Of a stretch of 17,961 bases of DNA, positions 16,172-17,961 are shown piece after piece. Each line of letters opens with the position of its first letter. The first letter of the stretch is position 1. The DNA is from Bdellovibrionia bacterium (lineage in GTDB: Bacteria; Bdellovibrionota; UBA1018), in assembly GCA_045805065.1 (NCBI GenBank), contig JBJMMA010000260.1, positions 1-17,961 of the forward strand, given 5' to 3'. The translations under genes and the position numbers were made by a program. The notes beneath the pieces were generated by a model. That model worked only from the letters and a program-made list of their open reading frames with translations, made no database searches and was not told where the DNA came from.

Positions 16172-17956
16172 GTGACTTATTTTCAAAGATTTTCTTTTTT
16201 CCAGGCGTCGCTCCTCGCTACCTGCGGTCTTTGCTCATTCAGCATTTTTGCCGCGGACCTATATGTCTCTCCCTCTGGAAACGACTCCAACTCAGGCGCG
16301 CAAGCTGCTCCACTGAAGACAATTCAAAGAGCGGCAAACTTGGCGACCGCCGGGACGACTGTGCATGTGGCCCCAGGAAATTACCAAGAGCAGATCACTT
16401 CAAAAAATAGTGGAACGGCCAGTGCCCGCATCAAGTATGTCTCTGACGTGAAGTGGAAGGCTAGGCTCCTCCCGGTTTCAGGAGTGACCTCCATGTGGGA
16501 AATCCCTGGAGGCTACACTGACGTCATCGGATTCGAAATTGACGGCTCCGGCAGCAATACGCTTCGCATTGGAGTTGCCTTTTCCGGTGGGAACTCTTCC
16601 ATGCAGAATAGCCGCGTTCACGATGTGGCGATGAATACGGTCTGTGACAACATCGGTGGCGCAGGCGTTCATGCTACTCAAGCTCGCGGAGCTTCATACA
16701 ATAATTACGATTTTCTCAATAACATCATTTATCGTGTGGGCGGAACTTGCGGCTATATCTCAGCGATTTATCATCAATCATCGGGAAAAATTCAGAACAA
16801 TCTCATCTATGCTTCAAGCTACGCCATTCATGGCTATCACGATGATCATAACTTGTTGATTGCGAATAACACGGTGTTTGGGAACTCTGGATACGGAATT
16901 CTTTATGGCGGTTGCCAAGAAGCTTATAACAATGGCTGTCCGACCAGCGGGATGAGGATCTACAACAATATCATCTATGACAATGGGGGTGGGATTTCGG
17001 GTCCAGTCACCGCCGCAGACGTCGATAATATTCTCAAGAACAACTTGGTTTATAAGAATGCTAACCAGTTTGACCTCGCAAGCCCCAGTAATTCGACTCG
17101 CTCGGGTGAAGTGATGGCCGATCCTCAATTCGTGAATTACATCCGGACAGGCGGTGGCGACTATCATTTGAAGAGCACTTCGCCTGCGATTAATAAAGGA
17201 TTGGTTTCGTTGTCGCCATCTGTAGCTCCATCAACGGATCTTGACGGAAACCCACGATTGGACGGTGCTCCTGATTTGGGCGCCTATGAATATGGTACGG
17301 CACCCGTGCCATCAAGCGCGGTGCTCAGCTTGAGTTCAAGGTCTTTAGTTTTCGGAAATCAAAACGTAGGAACCACAAGTGTGGCTCAAACGGTCACTTT
17401 GAAGAATGTTGGAACAGCGCCCTTGATTCTGGGCTCGGCATGGACGCTCACCGGCGATTTCCAGTTTGCTAGTGGTGGAACCTGTGGATCAACGCCGATG
17501 GTCCCTGGAGAAAGCTGTGTTATCAATCTGGCTTTCAAACCAACGGCGGCTACAGTTCGAACCGGAAGCTTGATTTTGACCAGCAATGACGCCAAGTCGC
17601 CAGCCGTGATTTCTTTGTCAGGAACGGGAGTGGTTTCTGCACCTGTAGCATCTCCTTCGACCCGATCACTGAGCTTCGGTACGGTTCGATTGGGACGCTC
17701 GAGTTCGATTCAATATGTGACAGTCAAAAACACGGGCACTTCGGTTCTCAACTTTGGCAATGTCTCCATCAGCGGAGACTTTCAATGGGGCAATGCGGGG
17801 ACCTGTGACGCGACCCTGGCTGTTGGAGCAAGCTGCACCTTCAGCGCCAAATTCGTTCCCAAGGCAACAGGAGCGAGAACGGGCGTGATGTCGATCTCGA
17901 GCAACGATCCGGTGAGTCCGTTAAAGATTCAACTGACTGGAACTGGCTCGAGGTGA
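16172..17956 (+). CDS. Secreted right-handed beta-helix protein (DUF1565-like N-terminus, choice-of-anchor-Q-like motif) with two Ig-like ASH/choice-of-anchor-D domains
   Basis: GTG 16172 after GGGGGGA, with a signal peptide (..FSIFA). YVSPSGNDSNSG...P.KTIQ.A....G..V.V..G.Y motif, NN ladder repeats, and DYHL...SPAI..G...D.DG.PR...PD.GAYE. Two repeats L.FG.......S..Q.VT.KN.G...L......GDF......C......G.SC.....F.P...G.R.G....SND..SP..I.L.GTG. Confidence 0.88.
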   Translation: MTYFQRFSFFQASLLATCGLCSFSIFAADLYVSPSGNDSNSGAQAAPLKTIQRAANLATAGTTVHVAPGNYQEQITSKNSGTASARIKYVSDVKWKARLLPVSGVTSMWEIPGGYTDVIGFEIDGSGSNTLRIGVAFSGGNSSMQNSRVHDVAMNTVCDNIGGAGVHATQARGASYNNYDFLNNIIYRVGGTCGYISAIYHQSSGKIQNNLIYASSYAIHGYHDDHNLLIANNTVFGNSGYGILYGGCQEAYNNGCPTSGMRIYNNIIYDNGGGISGPVTAADVDNILKNNLVYKNANQFDLASPSNSTRSGEVMADPQFVNYIRTGGGDYHLKSTSPAINKGLVSLSPSVAPSTDLDGNPRLDGAPDLGAYEYGTAPVPSSAVLSLSSRSLVFGNQNVGTTSVAQTVTLKNVGTAPLILGSAWTLTGDFQFASGGTCGSTPMVPGESCVINLAFKPTAATVRTGSLILTSNDAKSPAVISLSGTGVVSAPVASPSTRSLSFGTVRLGRSSSIQYVTVKNTGTSVLNFGNVSISGDFQWGNAGTCDATLAVGASCTFSAKFVPKATGARTGVMSISSNDPVSPLKIQLTGTGSR

Positions 17957-17961
17957 GTTAC

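Overview
A gene-dense window of about 18 kb that looks like core chromosome from a Bdellovibrionota-like bacterium; the lineage is inferred from protein families and was not searched. The left third (1-7207) encodes five proteins predicted to be exported: a tandem double beta-barrel outer-membrane protein, two HExxH proteins, a DUF2252 kinase-like protein that unusually has a signal peptide, and a Bdellovibrio-type mosaic fibre adhesin with collagen and polyglycine domains. Next is rpsT with its own terminator. It is followed by a tightly coupled alpha-glucan/glycogen operon (GH133 debranching enzyme, GT4, GH57, GH15, CPXCG protein) behind a sigma54-type motif, then a probably leaderless rfaD/hldD, and a secreted beta-helix protein with Ig-like domains. 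I saw no tRNA, rRNA, CRISPR array, integrase or transposase. The most notable unexplained signal is an identical 16-bp perfect palindrome (CCTGTCCCGGGACAGG) directly after two stop codons, bracketing a 4.9-kb three-gene block. I cannot claim a confirmed new system from the sequence alone.
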